Shown here piece by piece: positions 11,502 to 22,488 of a DNA stretch of 64,000 bases. Every line of letters begins with the position of its first letter. Position 1 is the first letter of the stretch. This stretch comes from Myxococcota bacterium (GTDB lineage: Bacteria > Myxococcota > JACRCW01), in assembly GCA_040752415.1 (NCBI GenBank), contig JBFMGU010000010.1, positions 16,023 to 80,022 on the forward strand, given 5' to 3'. A program made the position numbers and the translations under genes. Under the pieces are notes generated by a model. That model saw nothing but the letters and a program-made list of their open reading frames with translations, was not told the origin of the DNA and made no database searches.

Positions 11502-13726
11502 CCATGGACAAGGACACGCTCAAGGCGCGCCTGTTGGCAACGTTCCTGGGAGAGCTGCAGGAACAGGTGCGCGCGCTTGAGGCCAACGCCATGGCGTTGG
11601 AGAAGTACCCGGAGGAAGCGCGCCCGGAGATCCTGAAGGCGCTGTTCAGGGTTGCGCATAGCCTCAAGGGTGCGGCCCGCTCGGCGGGAGTGCCACTGAT
11701 CGAGGCTGCGTGCCATCGCCTGGAGGAGACGCTTGGCAGGGCACGGGACGGTCTCTTTCCGGTGGGGCCGGACCTTGTCCCGGAGCTGCTGGCCACGGTG
11801 GACGCCCTGTCTGACGCCGGGCGTCGCATGCGGGCCGGTGAGGAGCTCCGGGGCGGGCCGTTGGCGATGATCCTGACGCGGATGGAAGACGCCGGTCATC
11901 TGGCCGCGCCGCCGCCGTCGTCATCACCCGCGCCCGCCAGGGTTGCCCCGGTGCAACAGGAGGGAGAGGGCGTGGTGAGGCTCGCGGCGGTGAAGCTGGA
12001 CGCGCTGGTGTCCCGCAGCGGCGAGCTCCTGGTGGCGCGTCGACGAGCCGAGAGATGGGTCAGCGCTGTTGCAGGGTTGCGGGAGACCTTGAGCCAGTGT
12101 CTGGGTGAATGGCAGCGCGTCGAGAAGCCCCTGCGTAGATTCGTGAGCCCCAACCACGGTGAGACCAGGCACGCCCGGCCGGAGAGGCTGCGACCGTTCA
12201 CGCGCCGCACCACGGTGGCGGTGGGGCGCACCAGGGACGGTCTGAGGAAACTGGAACGCGATCTGGATCGCCTCGCGCACGGGTTGGCGTCGGACCATCG
12301 CGTGCTCGAGCAGGCGGCGTCCCTGCTTGAAGACGAGGTGCGGCGTGTCCGGATGCTGCCCTTTGGCGAGGCGTGTGAGGGGCTGGAGCGCGCGGTCCGT
12401 GACCTGGCGAAGGCCGCGGGCAAGGAGATTGACCTCGTTGTGGAAGGGGCGGACGTGGAGCTGGACCGCGCCATCCTGGCAGGCCTCCGGGACCCGCTGC
12501 TCCACCTGGTTCGCAATGCCGTGGACCATGGCATCGAGACGCCGGCCGAGCGGATCGCGCGGGGCAAGCCCGCACACGGTTGCATCCGGGTTGCCGCCGT
12601 CCTCAAGGGCACGGGCGTGCAAGTCGTTGTCGACGACGATGGTCGTGGCATTGACGTGGATGCCATCCGCGAACAGGCGAGGAAGCGGAACCTCCCGGTC
12701 CCCGACGACGACAGGGATGTGGTGCGGCTGATCTTCCTGGCCGGGTTCTCGACCTCACGGCTGATCACGGAGCTCTCGGGAAGGGGCATTGGCCTGGACG
12801 TGGTGGGCCACCAGATCCAGGCGTTGCATGGCGGCGTGGACCTGTCATTCCAGCCCGGCCGCGGCACCCGCTTCCTCCTCACACTCCCGCTGACGCTGAC
12901 CACGCTGCGTGTGCTCCTCGTCCAGTGCGCCGGGCGGACGTTCGCGCTTCCCAGCGCCCAGGTGCGACGGATTGTGCGCGCCGGGCTCGGCGACCTCGGT
13001 TCCGTGGAGGGCCGGGAGGTGCTGCTGACCGGAGCCGCGCCGATTCCGATTGCGTCGCTGGGGGAGACGCTGGGGCTCGGCTCGAATGCACGGCTGGGAG
13101 CGGGGGGAAGGGTTCCGCTCGTCGTTGTGGCGGAGGGCAAGCACGAAGTGGCGCTCGCGGTGGATGACCTCCTTGCGGAGCAGGACGTGGTAGTCAAGAA
13201 CCTCGGACGGCGGCTGCGTCGGGTCCGTCACTTCAGCGGAGCCACGGTCCTTCCCACGGGGCAGCTCTCACTCATCATTGCCGCAGCCGAGCTGGTCCAG
13301 ACGGCCCTCCAGCGCGCGCCTGCACGGTCCATCGGCTTGAAGCCGGACGAGAGGCCCGCCGCGAAGTTGCGCCTGCTCGTGGTGGATGACTCCGTGACAA
13401 CCCGCAGCCTGGAGAAGAGCATTCTTGAAGCCGCCGGTTATGAAGTGCTGACGGCCGCCGACGGTGCGGAGGCCTGGCGGTTGCTGCAGGAGCGCGGCGC
13501 GGATCTCGTCGTGGCGGACGTGGAGATGCCCCACATGGACGGCTTCGCGCTGACGGAAGCCATTCGCTCCTCCAAGCGTTTCCGGAAGTTGCCGGTCATC
13601 CTGGTCACCGCACTGGAGACCGAGCGCGGCAAGGCACGCGGTCTTGAGGTGGGCGCCGACGCCTATCTGCTCAAGAGCACCTTCGACCAGAAGCAGCTCA
13701 TCGAGGTCATCACCAGCCTGTTGTGA
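11498..13726 (+). CDS. cheA: CheA-receiver hybrid kinase (WspE/FrzE-like)
   Basis: Hpt AHSLKGAA, LLHLVRNAVDHGIE, SGRGIGLDVV, a CheW-like domain and a C-terminal REC. Confidence 0.96.
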   Translation: MTMDKDTLKARLLATFLGELQEQVRALEANAMALEKYPEEARPEILKALFRVAHSLKGAARSAGVPLIEAACHRLEETLGRARDGLFPVGPDLVPELLATVDALSDAGRRMRAGEELRGGPLAMILTRMEDAGHLAAPPPSSSPAPARVAPVQQEGEGVVRLAAVKLDALVSRSGELLVARRRAERWVSAVAGLRETLSQCLGEWQRVEKPLRRFVSPNHGETRHARPERLRPFTRRTTVAVGRTRDGLRKLERDLDRLAHGLASDHRVLEQAASLLEDEVRRVRMLPFGEACEGLERAVRDLAKAAGKEIDLVVEGADVELDRAILAGLRDPLLHLVRNAVDHGIETPAERIARGKPAHGCIRVAAVLKGTGVQVVVDDDGRGIDVDAIREQARKRNLPVPDDDRDVVRLIFLAGFSTSRLITELSGRGIGLDVVGHQIQALHGGVDLSFQPGRGTRFLLTLPLTLTTLRVLLVQCAGRTFALPSAQVRRIVRAGLGDLGSVEGREVLLTGAAPIPIASLGETLGLGSNARLGAGGRVPLVVVAEGKHEVALAVDDLLAEQDVVVKNLGRRLRRVRHFSGATVLPTGQLSLIIAAAELVQTALQRAPARSIGLKPDERPAAKLRLLVVDDSVTTRSLEKSILEAAGYEVLTAADGAEAWRLLQERGADLVVADVEMPHMDGFALTEAIRSSKRFRKLPVILVTALETERGKARGLEVGADAYLLKSTFDQKQLIEVITSLL

Positions 13727-13735
13727 GAGGGAAGG

Positions 13736-14782
13736 ATGATTCGAACCCTTGTTGCCGAGGACTCGCTCACCACCCGCGAACTGCTCGTGGCCGTCCTGCG
13801 CTCCGACCCGCAGGTTGACGTTGTGGGTGAGGCGGCCAACGGTGTTGAAGCATTGGAGATGACCCGGAAGCTTCGACCCGACGTTGTCACCATGGACATC
13901 CGCATGCCGCTCCTCGACGGCTTCGAGGCCACGCGGCAAATCATGGTCGAGGCGCCCACGCCGATCGTCATCGTGTCGGCGAGCATCGACGTCCGCGACG
14001 TGGAGGTCTCCATGCACGCCTTGCGCGCCGGCGCACTGGCGCTGCTCCCGACACCCTCGGGACCGGGATCGCCGGCGTTCGAGGAGCAGGCGAAGCACTT
14101 CCTTGAGACCGTGAAGTTGATGTCGCAGGTCAAGGTGGTGCGCCGCTGGCCCCGGCACCGCGCCAGCGCCTCCGCTCCAAGCCCGGTTCCCGCCGGTGCG
14201 CGACCGCAGGTTGTCGCCGTGGGGGCGTCGACCGGCGGCCCCGCCGCGTTGGCGCGCATCATCTCGGAGCTGCCCGGAGACTTCCCCGTGCCGCTGCTCG
14301 CGGTGCAGCACATCGCCCGGGGATTCATGGATGGATTCGCCGCATGGTTGAACGCAGCGGGGGCTCTCAAGGTGAAGATTGGTGAGGACGGTGAGCCGCT
14401 GCAGCCGCGGACCGTGTACCTGGCGCCCGACGACGCCCACCTGGGTGTGTCGCCGGATCGGGTTTCCATCACCGTCTCGCGTGCGGCGTCGGTCGGAGGG
14501 TTTCGTCCGTCGGCGAGTTACCTCTTTGCATCTGTTGCCCGGGCTTTCGGCCCTTCCGCGGTGGCGGTCATCCTCACCGGGATGGGCAACGACGGCATCG
14601 AAGGTCTCCGCGCGGTGCATGCCGGTGGCGGGCGCGTCCTGGCACAGGACGAGGAGACCTCGGTCGTCTTCGGCATGCCTGGGGCCGCGGCGGCCGCGGG
14701 CGTCGTGGACGTGGTCCTTCCTCTCGGGGCAATCGCTTTCCGTCTCCTGGAGTTGGTGGGAAGGGGAGGGCCACACGCATGA
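13736..14782 (+). CDS. cheB: Protein-glutamate methylesterase CheB
   Basis: REC domain plus GASTGGP, VQHI, ILTGMGNDG and QDEETSVVFGMP. Confidence 0.96.
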   Translation: MIRTLVAEDSLTTRELLVAVLRSDPQVDVVGEAANGVEALEMTRKLRPDVVTMDIRMPLLDGFEATRQIMVEAPTPIVIVSASIDVRDVEVSMHALRAGALALLPTPSGPGSPAFEEQAKHFLETVKLMSQVKVVRRWPRHRASASAPSPVPAGARPQVVAVGASTGGPAALARIISELPGDFPVPLLAVQHIARGFMDGFAAWLNAAGALKVKIGEDGEPLQPRTVYLAPDDAHLGVSPDRVSITVSRAASVGGFRPSASYLFASVARAFGPSAVAVILTGMGNDGIEGLRAVHAGGGRVLAQDEETSVVFGMPGAAAAAGVVDVVLPLGAIAFRLLELVGRGGPHA

Positions 14783-15068
14783 TGCGCCCACGTCCTGACG
14801 CCGCTCACCCGGGTGCCCGGGGGCCCGTGGGCGTCGCCCTTCCGCGCGTGGTGGATTCGCACGGCGCGCGAAAGGTTCCCACGGGCAGGAAATCCCTCTC
14901 ACGTCTTCATCCGCAGCGCGGCGACACCACGGTTCCGGCGTTTCACGTCAGGCGCCTTGCACGCTGCATCACAACACGCCAGGGCGGGCGACCCGTGGTT
15001 CGGGAGGCCGTGCGGCATGGAACCGCCGTCCCGTTCGCGCCACCGTCCTCGCGCGGGGGTAGAGCCAC

Positions 15069-17141
15069 ATGACACGCATTCTCGTTGTCGAGGACAGCGC
15101 CACGCAGGCCGAGGAGCTGAGATTGATCCTGGAGTCCGAGGGATTCCAGGTTCAAACCGCGAACAGCGCCGAGAGCGCGGTCGAGCGGCTGCAGGATGGG
15201 TTGTTTGACGTGGTGGTCTCGGACATCGTCATGCCGGGACGCACGGGCTACGAGCTTTGCCGGGAGCTGAAGTCGGATCCCCGGTACAAGGACCTGCCGG
15301 TGCTCCTGTTGACGACGTTGTCGGATCCCATGGACATCATCCAGGGACTGGAGTCCGGCGCCGACAACTTCCTGACCAAGCCCTGTGAACCGCGGAACCT
15401 CGTCGGGCGAATCCGTACGATCGTGGAGAACAAACGGCTCCGCGTGGCGGGGAAGCTCAAGGTTGGCGTTGAAGTCCTGTTCATGGGGCGCAAGTTCATC
15501 ATCGGGTCGGACAAGGAGCAGATCCTCGACCTGCTGGTGTCCACGTTTGAAGACACGGTGCGCACGAACCGTGAGCTCCAGTCGAGCCAACGCGAGCTGG
15601 CCGCGGCGAAGGCGAAGCTTGAGGACTATGCACGCCAGCTGGAGCACCGGGCGAAAACGAGCGAAGCCAACTTCCGGACGCTGGTCGAGTCCATGGATGA
15701 CATGATCTTCACGCTGGACCGCGAGCAACGCTACACGGGCGTGTTTGGCCGCTGGTTGGCAAAGGAGGGGCACAGTCGTGAGCAGTACCTGGGCAGGAGC
15801 GCGCGGGAGCTGCTGGGCGGTGAGGCCGCCGTTGTTCATGAAGCTGCCAATGAGCGGGCGCTGCGGGGTGAACGCGTCGTGTACGAATGGAGCGACGGCG
15901 CGAACGAGGAGGTCCGTCACTTCCAGACCGCCCTCTCGCCGCTTCGCGATGAGACTGGCCAGGTGATGGGTCTGGTGGGCGTGGGTCGCGAGCTCACCGA
16001 GCAGAAGAGGCTCCAGTCTCACCTCATGGTCTCCGACCGCATGGCATCCGTGGGGACGCTTGCCGCCGGCGTCGCCCACGAAATCAACAATCCCCTGGCC
16101 TCCGTGATCGCGAACCTGGACCTGGCGATCGGCGACGCACATGGTCTCGCGGCCCGAATTGGTAGCCTGGGTGAGCTCACGGACGAGCTTCGCGATGCTC
16201 GCGACGCCGCGGAGCGGGTCCGCGAGATCGTCAGGGACCTGAGGATCTTCTCACGGGCGGAGGAGGACAAGCGCGGTCCGGTCGACGTGCACCGTGTGAT
16301 GGAGTCCACCATCCGCATGGCGTGGAATGAGATCCGTCACCGCGCGCGGCTGGTGCGAGCGTACGGCGATGTTCCTCCCGTCGACGCGAACGATTCCCGT
16401 CTTGGTCAGGTGTTCCTGAACCTGATCATCAACGCGGCCCAGGCCATTGGCGAGGGGCACGCGGACACGAACAGGATTGTGGTCACGACGCGCCAGGATG
16501 GAGCAGGTCGGGTCCTTGTCCAGGTCACCGACTCGGGGGCTGGTATCCCGCCGGAGGCGCTGCGCCACCTGTTCACCCCCTTCTACACGACGAAGCCGGC
16601 GAGCCTGGGGACGGGGCTTGGGCTGTCCATCTGCCAGCGGATTGTCACGGGGTTTGGCGGTGAAATCTCCGTCGAGAGCCACATGGGGCACGGTACCACC
16701 TTCACCGTTGCGCTGCCGGTTGCCACGGCGTTGAGCGAGGGGGTGCCGGCTCCCGCGAAACCGCTCAGAGCCATCCGGAGGGGCCGAGTTCTCATCATTG
16801 ATGACGAGCCCATGATGGGCCACACCATCCGGCGCACGCTGTCCCCTGAACACGACGTGAGAGTCACCCTGGGCGCTCGCGACGCCCTGGAGCTCATTAC
16901 GAAGGGAGAGCGCTTTGACGTCATCCTGTGCGACCTGATGATGCCGGAGGTGACGGGGATGGACTTGCACGCGGAGTTCCTGAGGGCAGCACCGGAGCAG
17001 GCGGGACGGATGATCTTCCTGACCGGGGGAGCGTTTACCCCCCGCGCGCGGACCTTCCTGGACCAGGTTGCGAATCAGCGGCTGGAGAAGCCCTTTGATG
17101 CGCAACACCTCCGGGCGATCGTCAATGAACGGGTGCGTTAG
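15069..17141 (+). CDS. REC-PAS-histidine kinase-REC hybrid, probable output of the che cluster
   Basis: N-terminal REC, PAS, GVAHEINNPL, GTGLGL and C-terminal REC. Confidence 0.92.
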   Translation: MTRILVVEDSATQAEELRLILESEGFQVQTANSAESAVERLQDGLFDVVVSDIVMPGRTGYELCRELKSDPRYKDLPVLLLTTLSDPMDIIQGLESGADNFLTKPCEPRNLVGRIRTIVENKRLRVAGKLKVGVEVLFMGRKFIIGSDKEQILDLLVSTFEDTVRTNRELQSSQRELAAAKAKLEDYARQLEHRAKTSEANFRTLVESMDDMIFTLDREQRYTGVFGRWLAKEGHSREQYLGRSARELLGGEAAVVHEAANERALRGERVVYEWSDGANEEVRHFQTALSPLRDETGQVMGLVGVGRELTEQKRLQSHLMVSDRMASVGTLAAGVAHEINNPLASVIANLDLAIGDAHGLAARIGSLGELTDELRDARDAAERVREIVRDLRIFSRAEEDKRGPVDVHRVMESTIRMAWNEIRHRARLVRAYGDVPPVDANDSRLGQVFLNLIINAAQAIGEGHADTNRIVVTTRQDGAGRVLVQVTDSGAGIPPEALRHLFTPFYTTKPASLGTGLGLSICQRIVTGFGGEISVESHMGHGTTFTVALPVATALSEGVPAPAKPLRAIRRGRVLIIDDEPMMGHTIRRTLSPEHDVRVTLGARDALELITKGERFDVILCDLMMPEVTGMDLHAEFLRAAPEQAGRMIFLTGGAFTPRARTFLDQVANQRLEKPFDAQHLRAIVNERVR

Positions 17142-17157
17142 CAACGGCGATCCCACG

Positions 17158-19092
17158 CTAAATCTCGATATACGCCCCCACCTCCACCACACGCTCCGCG
17201 GGCAGCCCGAAGAAGCGCGTGGCCCGGGTGGCGTTCCGTGCCATGAGGGCGAACACGTGCTCCCGCCACTTGGCCATCCCCGGCAGCTCCGAGGCCAGGA
17301 TGGTCTCATGGCCCAGGAAGAAGGTTGCGCGGCCGAGGTCGATCTGCAGCTCCGGGTAGAGGGAGGCCACGTGGCGCAGCAGCTCCGGCACGTCGGGATC
17401 CTCCATGAACCCGTAGACGCCGGTGACGCGCCACACGCCCCGACCCAGCGGCTCCACCCACGCGCGCTCCGCCAGCTCCACGTGGGGCGTGTCGTCGGTG
17501 CGGATGGTGAGGATCACCACGCGGTCATGCAGGACCCGGAGGTGCCGCGTGGTGTAGGCCAGCGCCAGCGGTACCACGTCCGGCGTGCTGCTCATGTAGA
17601 TGGCCGTCCCCGGCACCCGCGAGAGGAAGAGCTCCCGGTGCTCGGCGCGCACCTCATCCATGAACCTCCACAGCGGCGTGGTCCGTTCCGAGATCCGCCG
17701 GGCCAACAGCGTCCGGCCCGTCTTCCACGTGGTCATGAGCGTCAGCACCACCGCCGCCAGCAGCAGCGGGACCCACCCGCCCTCGGCGATCTTGAAGAGA
17801 TTCGCGCCGAAGAAGGCGAGGTCGGCGACGAGGAATACCGCCGTCACCAAGGTGGCGAGCGCGAACGGCCATCCCCAGCGCCGGTGCACCACCCGGTACG
17901 CCAGGACCGTGGTGATGCTCATCGTCGACGTCACGGCGATGCCGTAGGCGGCGGCGAGCGCGCTTGAGCTCTGGAAGGCCAGCACCATGCCCACCGTGGC
18001 GAGCATCAGCGCCCAGTTCACCGCGGGCATGTAGATCTGGCCAACCTCCCGTGACGAGGTGTGCTCGATCTTCAGGCGCGGCAGGTAGCCCATCATCACC
18101 GCCTGACGGGACAACGAGAAGGCGCCGGAGATCACCGCCTGGGAGGCGATCACGGTGGCGCAGGTGGAAAGCACCACGAGCGGGACCAGCGACCACGACG
18201 GCGCGCTGCGGAAGAAGAGGTTCTCGACGGCGGAGGGGTCACGGACGGCCAGCGCGCCCTGGCCGAAGTAGTTGAGCAGCAACGCGGGCAGGACCAGGAA
18301 GAACCAGGCAATCCGGATGGGACGGGTGCCGAAGTGCCCCAGGTCCGCGTAGATGGCCTCCGCGCCGGTGACCACCAGGAACACCGCGCCCAGCACCACG
18401 AACCCCGCCCGCCCGTTGTCGACGAAGAAGCGCACCGCCCAGATGGGATTGAGCGCCACCAGCACCCTGGGCTCCTGGAGGATCTGGTAGACGCCGATGG
18501 TGGCCAGGGCGAGGAACCAGATGGCGGTGATGGGGCCGAACACCGCGCCCACGGCCCGGGTGCCATGGCGCTGCAGCCAGAAGAGGCCCACCAGCACCGC
18601 CACGGTCACCGGCAGCACGAAGGGGCGCAACGAGGGCGCAATGACCTCCAAACCCTCCACGGCGCTGAGCACCGAGATGGCGGGGGTGATCATGCCGTCG
18701 CCGTAGAGGAGCGCCGCACCGAACAGTCCCACGAGGACCAGCGGCTTTCCCCACCGGTCCGGCTGCTTCTCGCGGCTGGGCACCGCCAGCGCGGTCAAGG
18801 CCAGGATGCCGCCCTCCCCGTGATGGTCGGCGCGCAGCACGTAGGCCAGGTACTTCACGCTGACCACCAGCACCAGCGACCAGACGATCAGCGAGAGCAC
18901 GCCGAGGACATTCAGCGTGGTGGCATGCACCGAGTGTGCGCCGTGGAAGCACTCACGGATGGCATACAGCGGGCTGGTGCCTATGTCGCCAAAGACGATG
19001 CCGAGCGCGGCGAGGGAGAGCGCGGCAAGCCCGCCATGGCGCGGGGTCAGGCCGATGGCGGCGCCGGGAATCCCGGAATCTGGGTGCGCCAT
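17158..19092 (-). CDS. kup: KUP/HAK potassium transporter
   Basis: LGIVFGDIGTSPLYA, GEGGILAL, GDGMITPAISVLSAVEG, GAEAIYADLGHF; start MAHPDS after GGAG. Confidence 0.96.
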   Translation of the reverse strand: MAHPDSGIPGAAIGLTPRHGGLAALSLAALGIVFGDIGTSPLYAIRECFHGAHSVHATTLNVLGVLSLIVWSLVLVVSVKYLAYVLRADHHGEGGILALTALAVPSREKQPDRWGKPLVLVGLFGAALLYGDGMITPAISVLSAVEGLEVIAPSLRPFVLPVTVAVLVGLFWLQRHGTRAVGAVFGPITAIWFLALATIGVYQILQEPRVLVALNPIWAVRFFVDNGRAGFVVLGAVFLVVTGAEAIYADLGHFGTRPIRIAWFFLVLPALLLNYFGQGALAVRDPSAVENLFFRSAPSWSLVPLVVLSTCATVIASQAVISGAFSLSRQAVMMGYLPRLKIEHTSSREVGQIYMPAVNWALMLATVGMVLAFQSSSALAAAYGIAVTSTMSITTVLAYRVVHRRWGWPFALATLVTAVFLVADLAFFGANLFKIAEGGWVPLLLAAVVLTLMTTWKTGRTLLARRISERTTPLWRFMDEVRAEHRELFLSRVPGTAIYMSSTPDVVPLALAYTTRHLRVLHDRVVILTIRTDDTPHVELAERAWVEPLGRGVWRVTGVYGFMEDPDVPELLRHVASLYPELQIDLGRATFFLGHETILASELPGMAKWREHVFALMARNATRATRFFGLPAERVVEVGAYIEI

Positions 19093-19306
19093 TGCGGGCT
19101 CCTGAGAGTACGTTCCGTTCCCTCGAGGGCGAATCAAGCGCGGCCGCCATGGAAGGCTAACTCTTCCGGGGAGCGCGCGGTCAGTGCGTGGGATGTCCAT
19201 GCTCGGCCTTGCGTTGGCCCTCACGGCGTGGCGCAGGAGGTCCCCCGCTCCTGTCGCGTAGCGGGGCGAAGACGCCGCGGTTCTGGACGACAAGGCGTGA
19301 CGAAGG

Positions 19307-22228
19307 ATGTCCGCGGCACCCCGGCGCATGCATGGCGCGGGGAACTGCCGCGACATCGGGGCACGCCTTCCACGGAAGAAGCTGACAGGTTGGGGCTCGA
19401 AGCCTAACTCCCGTGGGAAGGTCAGCGCGGAGTGGGCCTTGGAGATCCATGCGCAGGCGGGCGTCCTCGACGTGGCGCGGGGCCTGGTGAGCGAGCTTCG
19501 CGGACCCCGGGCTGCGCTTCACCTCGGGCCGGGGGATGCGCTGGAGGCCGACCTCGGGCTGGGCAGCCTCGAGCGGGTGGAGCTGCTGCTGAGACTGGAG
19601 CAGGCATTCCACGTGGCGCTCTCCGAGGACGCCGTGGCCACTGCTCGCACGCTGCAGGACCTCGCGCGCGCCGTGGAGGCCGCCCACCCGACGACGCCGG
19701 CGCCCACCCCCGTGCCGTGGGCGGCCCCGGCGGTTGCAGCGGCACCACCCGACCCGGTGTCGACGCTGGTGGAGGTTCTGAGCTGGCACGCCCAGGCGCA
19801 TCCCGAGCAGCCACACCTGCTGCTGTGCGGAGCGGACGGCAAACCAGCTCCCATGTCCTACGGTGAGCTGTGGGCTGCCACGACGGAGCTGGCCGGGGGC
19901 CTCCAGGCCTCGGGTGTCCAGCCGGGTCAGACCGTGGGCCTGATGCTGCGCACGGAGGCGGCGTTCTTCCCGGCGTTCCTCGGTGCGCTGCTGGTTGGCG
20001 GCGTGCCGGTGCCCATCTATCCGCCATTCCGCGCGGACCAGGTCGAAGATTACGTGCGGCGACAGGTCCTGATCCTGCGCAACGCGCAGGCGCGCTGCCT
20101 GGTGACCTTTCCGGAAGCGGAGCGCGTGGCGCGTTGGCTCCGACTCCAGCTCCCGCACCTGGCGGAGGTGACCACCGCCGAGAGTCTGCGTACGCGCGGC
20201 GCCCGGGTCCTTCCCGTTGTGCGTCAGCCCCACGATCCCGCGCTCATCCAGTACACCTCCGGCAGCACCGGCAACCCCAAGGGCGTCCTGCTGACCCACG
20301 CCAACCTGATCACCAACATCCGCGCCATCGGAGCGGGCCTGGACATCCGTCCTGACGACGTCGCGGTGAGTTGGCTGCCGCTCTACCACGACATGGGGCT
20401 CATCGGGAGCTGGTTGACTTCGCTGTACTTCGGAATTCCGCTCGTGCTGCTATCGCCCTTGACGTTCCTGGCACGTCCGGTGAGCTGGCTGCGGGTGATC
20501 CACGCCCACCACGGGACGCTCTCCGCGGCGCCCAACTTCGCGTTCGATCTCTGCGCGCGCAAGATCGCCGACGAGGAGCTGACGGGATTGGACCTGGGGA
20601 GCTGGCGCGTGGCGCTCAACGGCTCGGAAGCGGTGTTGCCGGAGACCCTGGAGCGGTTCACGCGTCGCTTCACTCCGTATGGTTTCCGCGCGCGTGCCAT
20701 GTTCCCCGTCTACGGGTTGGCGGAGTGCTCCGTGGCGCTGACGTTTCCGCCGTTGGACCGCGGACCCCGCGTTGACGAGGTGGACCGTGAGCAGCTCCAG
20801 CGCCACGGCCACGCGTTGCCGAGCAGGACGGGAGATGTCCGTGCGCAGCGTTTCGTCTCTTGTGGCACGGCCCTCCCCGGCCACCAGGTCCGCGTGGTGG
20901 ATGAGCGCGACGTGCCGCTGGCCGAGCGGCGGGAGGGCTGCATCCAGTTCCGCGGTCCGTCGGTCACGCAGGGCTACCACCGCAACCCGGAAGCAACGCA
21001 CGCCGCTTTCCACGACGGATGGATGGACTCCGGCGACCTCGGCTACCTGGCCGACGGGGAGCTCTATGTCACCGGCCGGCGCAAGGACCTGATCATCAAG
21101 GCCGGGCGGAACCTCCATCCGCAGGAGGTCGAGGAGGTGGTGGGCGGGATCCCGGGCATCCGCAAGGGCTGTGTTGCGGCCTTCGGCGTGGTCGACCCGG
21201 CACTGGGCACGGAGCGTTTCGTGGTGGTGGCGGAGACATCCGAGCCGTCCGCGGCGCAGCGGCAGCGCCTGCGGGACTCCGCGGTCCAGCAGGTGCTGCG
21301 GCAGGTGGGCGTGCCACCCGACGTCGTGGTGCTGGTTCCGCCCCGCACGATCCCGAAGACCTCCAGCGGCAAGCTCCGTCGGCGCGCTGCGCAGGAGATG
21401 TACACCGCGGGCGACCTGACCCGTCCCCGGCGTCCGGTGCGGGTGCAGGTGCTGCGCGTGGTTGAGCACGCTCTTCGGGCGTGGGCCAGGCGCTTCCTTC
21501 GTCGGTCATTAGGGCTGGCCTATGCGGCCTACGCGGGCATCCTCCTGCTGCTGCTGTTGCCGTTGTTGCGCGGGCTCCTGCTGGTGACGCCCGCGGGGCC
21601 ACGCGCCGACCACCTCGTGCGGCGGTGGTGCCGCCTTCTCCTTGCGCTCGCCGGATGCCCCATCCGCGTCACCGGACTGGAGCACCTCCGCGGAGGCGGA
21701 CCGCTGGTGCTCGTGGCCAACCATGTCAGCTACCTGGATGCGCTGGTGCTGCTGGCGGTGCTGCCGCTGGACCTGCGTGCCGTGGCCCGGGGCGAGGTCG
21801 CGCGGTGGCCGGTGGTCGGCGCGTCCATCCGACGGGCAGGTCACCTGGTGGTCAGTGCCGACCCGCGGTCCCGGCTGGAGACCGTGGCTCAAGCTACCGG
21901 TGCGCTCGCAGCGGGCTCGTCGGTGCTCCTCTTCCCGGAGGGGCGACGCGGACCAGGCGACGAGCTCCTGCCGTTCCAGCTCGGCGCGTTCCGGGTTGCG
22001 GTGGATGCCCGCAGGCCCGTGGGGCCGATCTGGATCCGTGGAACCGAGCGCGCGCTGCCGCTGGGGAGCTGGTGTCCGCGCCCAGCCAGCATCACGGTGG
22101 AAGTCGGCGCGCCCCTGCCCGTCTCGGGCGCGGGATGGCCCGAGATGGTGCGCCTGCGCGACGAGGCGCGGGGACGCATCCGCGCGGGCCTGGAGCAGGC
22201 AGGGCCGGACGCATCCGCTCCTGCGTGA
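19307..22228 (+). CDS. Acyl carrier protein - fatty acyl-AMP ligase - PlsC-type acyltransferase fusion (true start probably further downstream)
   Basis: ACP motif DLGLGSLERVEL, AMP-binding QYTSGSTGNPKG, SWLPLYHDMGLIG, acyltransferase NHVSYLD and FPEG. Confidence 0.9.
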   Translation: MSAAPRRMHGAGNCRDIGARLPRKKLTGWGSKPNSRGKVSAEWALEIHAQAGVLDVARGLVSELRGPRAALHLGPGDALEADLGLGSLERVELLLRLEQAFHVALSEDAVATARTLQDLARAVEAAHPTTPAPTPVPWAAPAVAAAPPDPVSTLVEVLSWHAQAHPEQPHLLLCGADGKPAPMSYGELWAATTELAGGLQASGVQPGQTVGLMLRTEAAFFPAFLGALLVGGVPVPIYPPFRADQVEDYVRRQVLILRNAQARCLVTFPEAERVARWLRLQLPHLAEVTTAESLRTRGARVLPVVRQPHDPALIQYTSGSTGNPKGVLLTHANLITNIRAIGAGLDIRPDDVAVSWLPLYHDMGLIGSWLTSLYFGIPLVLLSPLTFLARPVSWLRVIHAHHGTLSAAPNFAFDLCARKIADEELTGLDLGSWRVALNGSEAVLPETLERFTRRFTPYGFRARAMFPVYGLAECSVALTFPPLDRGPRVDEVDREQLQRHGHALPSRTGDVRAQRFVSCGTALPGHQVRVVDERDVPLAERREGCIQFRGPSVTQGYHRNPEATHAAFHDGWMDSGDLGYLADGELYVTGRRKDLIIKAGRNLHPQEVEEVVGGIPGIRKGCVAAFGVVDPALGTERFVVVAETSEPSAAQRQRLRDSAVQQVLRQVGVPPDVVVLVPPRTIPKTSSGKLRRRAAQEMYTAGDLTRPRRPVRVQVLRVVEHALRAWARRFLRRSLGLAYAAYAGILLLLLLPLLRGLLLVTPAGPRADHLVRRWCRLLLALAGCPIRVTGLEHLRGGGPLVLVANHVSYLDALVLLAVLPLDLRAVARGEVARWPVVGASIRRAGHLVVSADPRSRLETVAQATGALAAGSSVLLFPEGRRGPGDELLPFQLGAFRVAVDARRPVGPIWIRGTERALPLGSWCPRPASITVEVGAPLPVSGAGWPEMVRLRDEARGRIRAGLEQAGPDASAPA

Positions 22229-22278
22229 TGGTGTGAGGAGGCTGCGCCAGGACAATTGCCCATGGGGTTTGTGACCGC

Positions 22279-22488
22279 CTCAAGCGGACCACAACCTGGA
22301 GTGCGGCGAGCCCTCGCCGCCCTGGCCAGCGCCGAGCGGGTGGCTCTCTCGTCAACGGTCGACGCTCACGGAGACGTCGACGCCCCCGTGGTCGACCCAG
22401 TCAAGGCCCGTTCCACCCGTTGAGAACGCGCTCGGCGCTGGCCAGGGCGGCGAGGGCCCGCCGCACTCCAGGTTGTGGTCCGCTTGAG
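22279..22488. repeat. 60-bp near-perfect inverted repeat with a 90-bp spacer (MITE-like element or long hairpin)
   Basis: 22279-22338 is the reverse complement of 22429-22488 with one mismatch. Confidence 0.9.
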
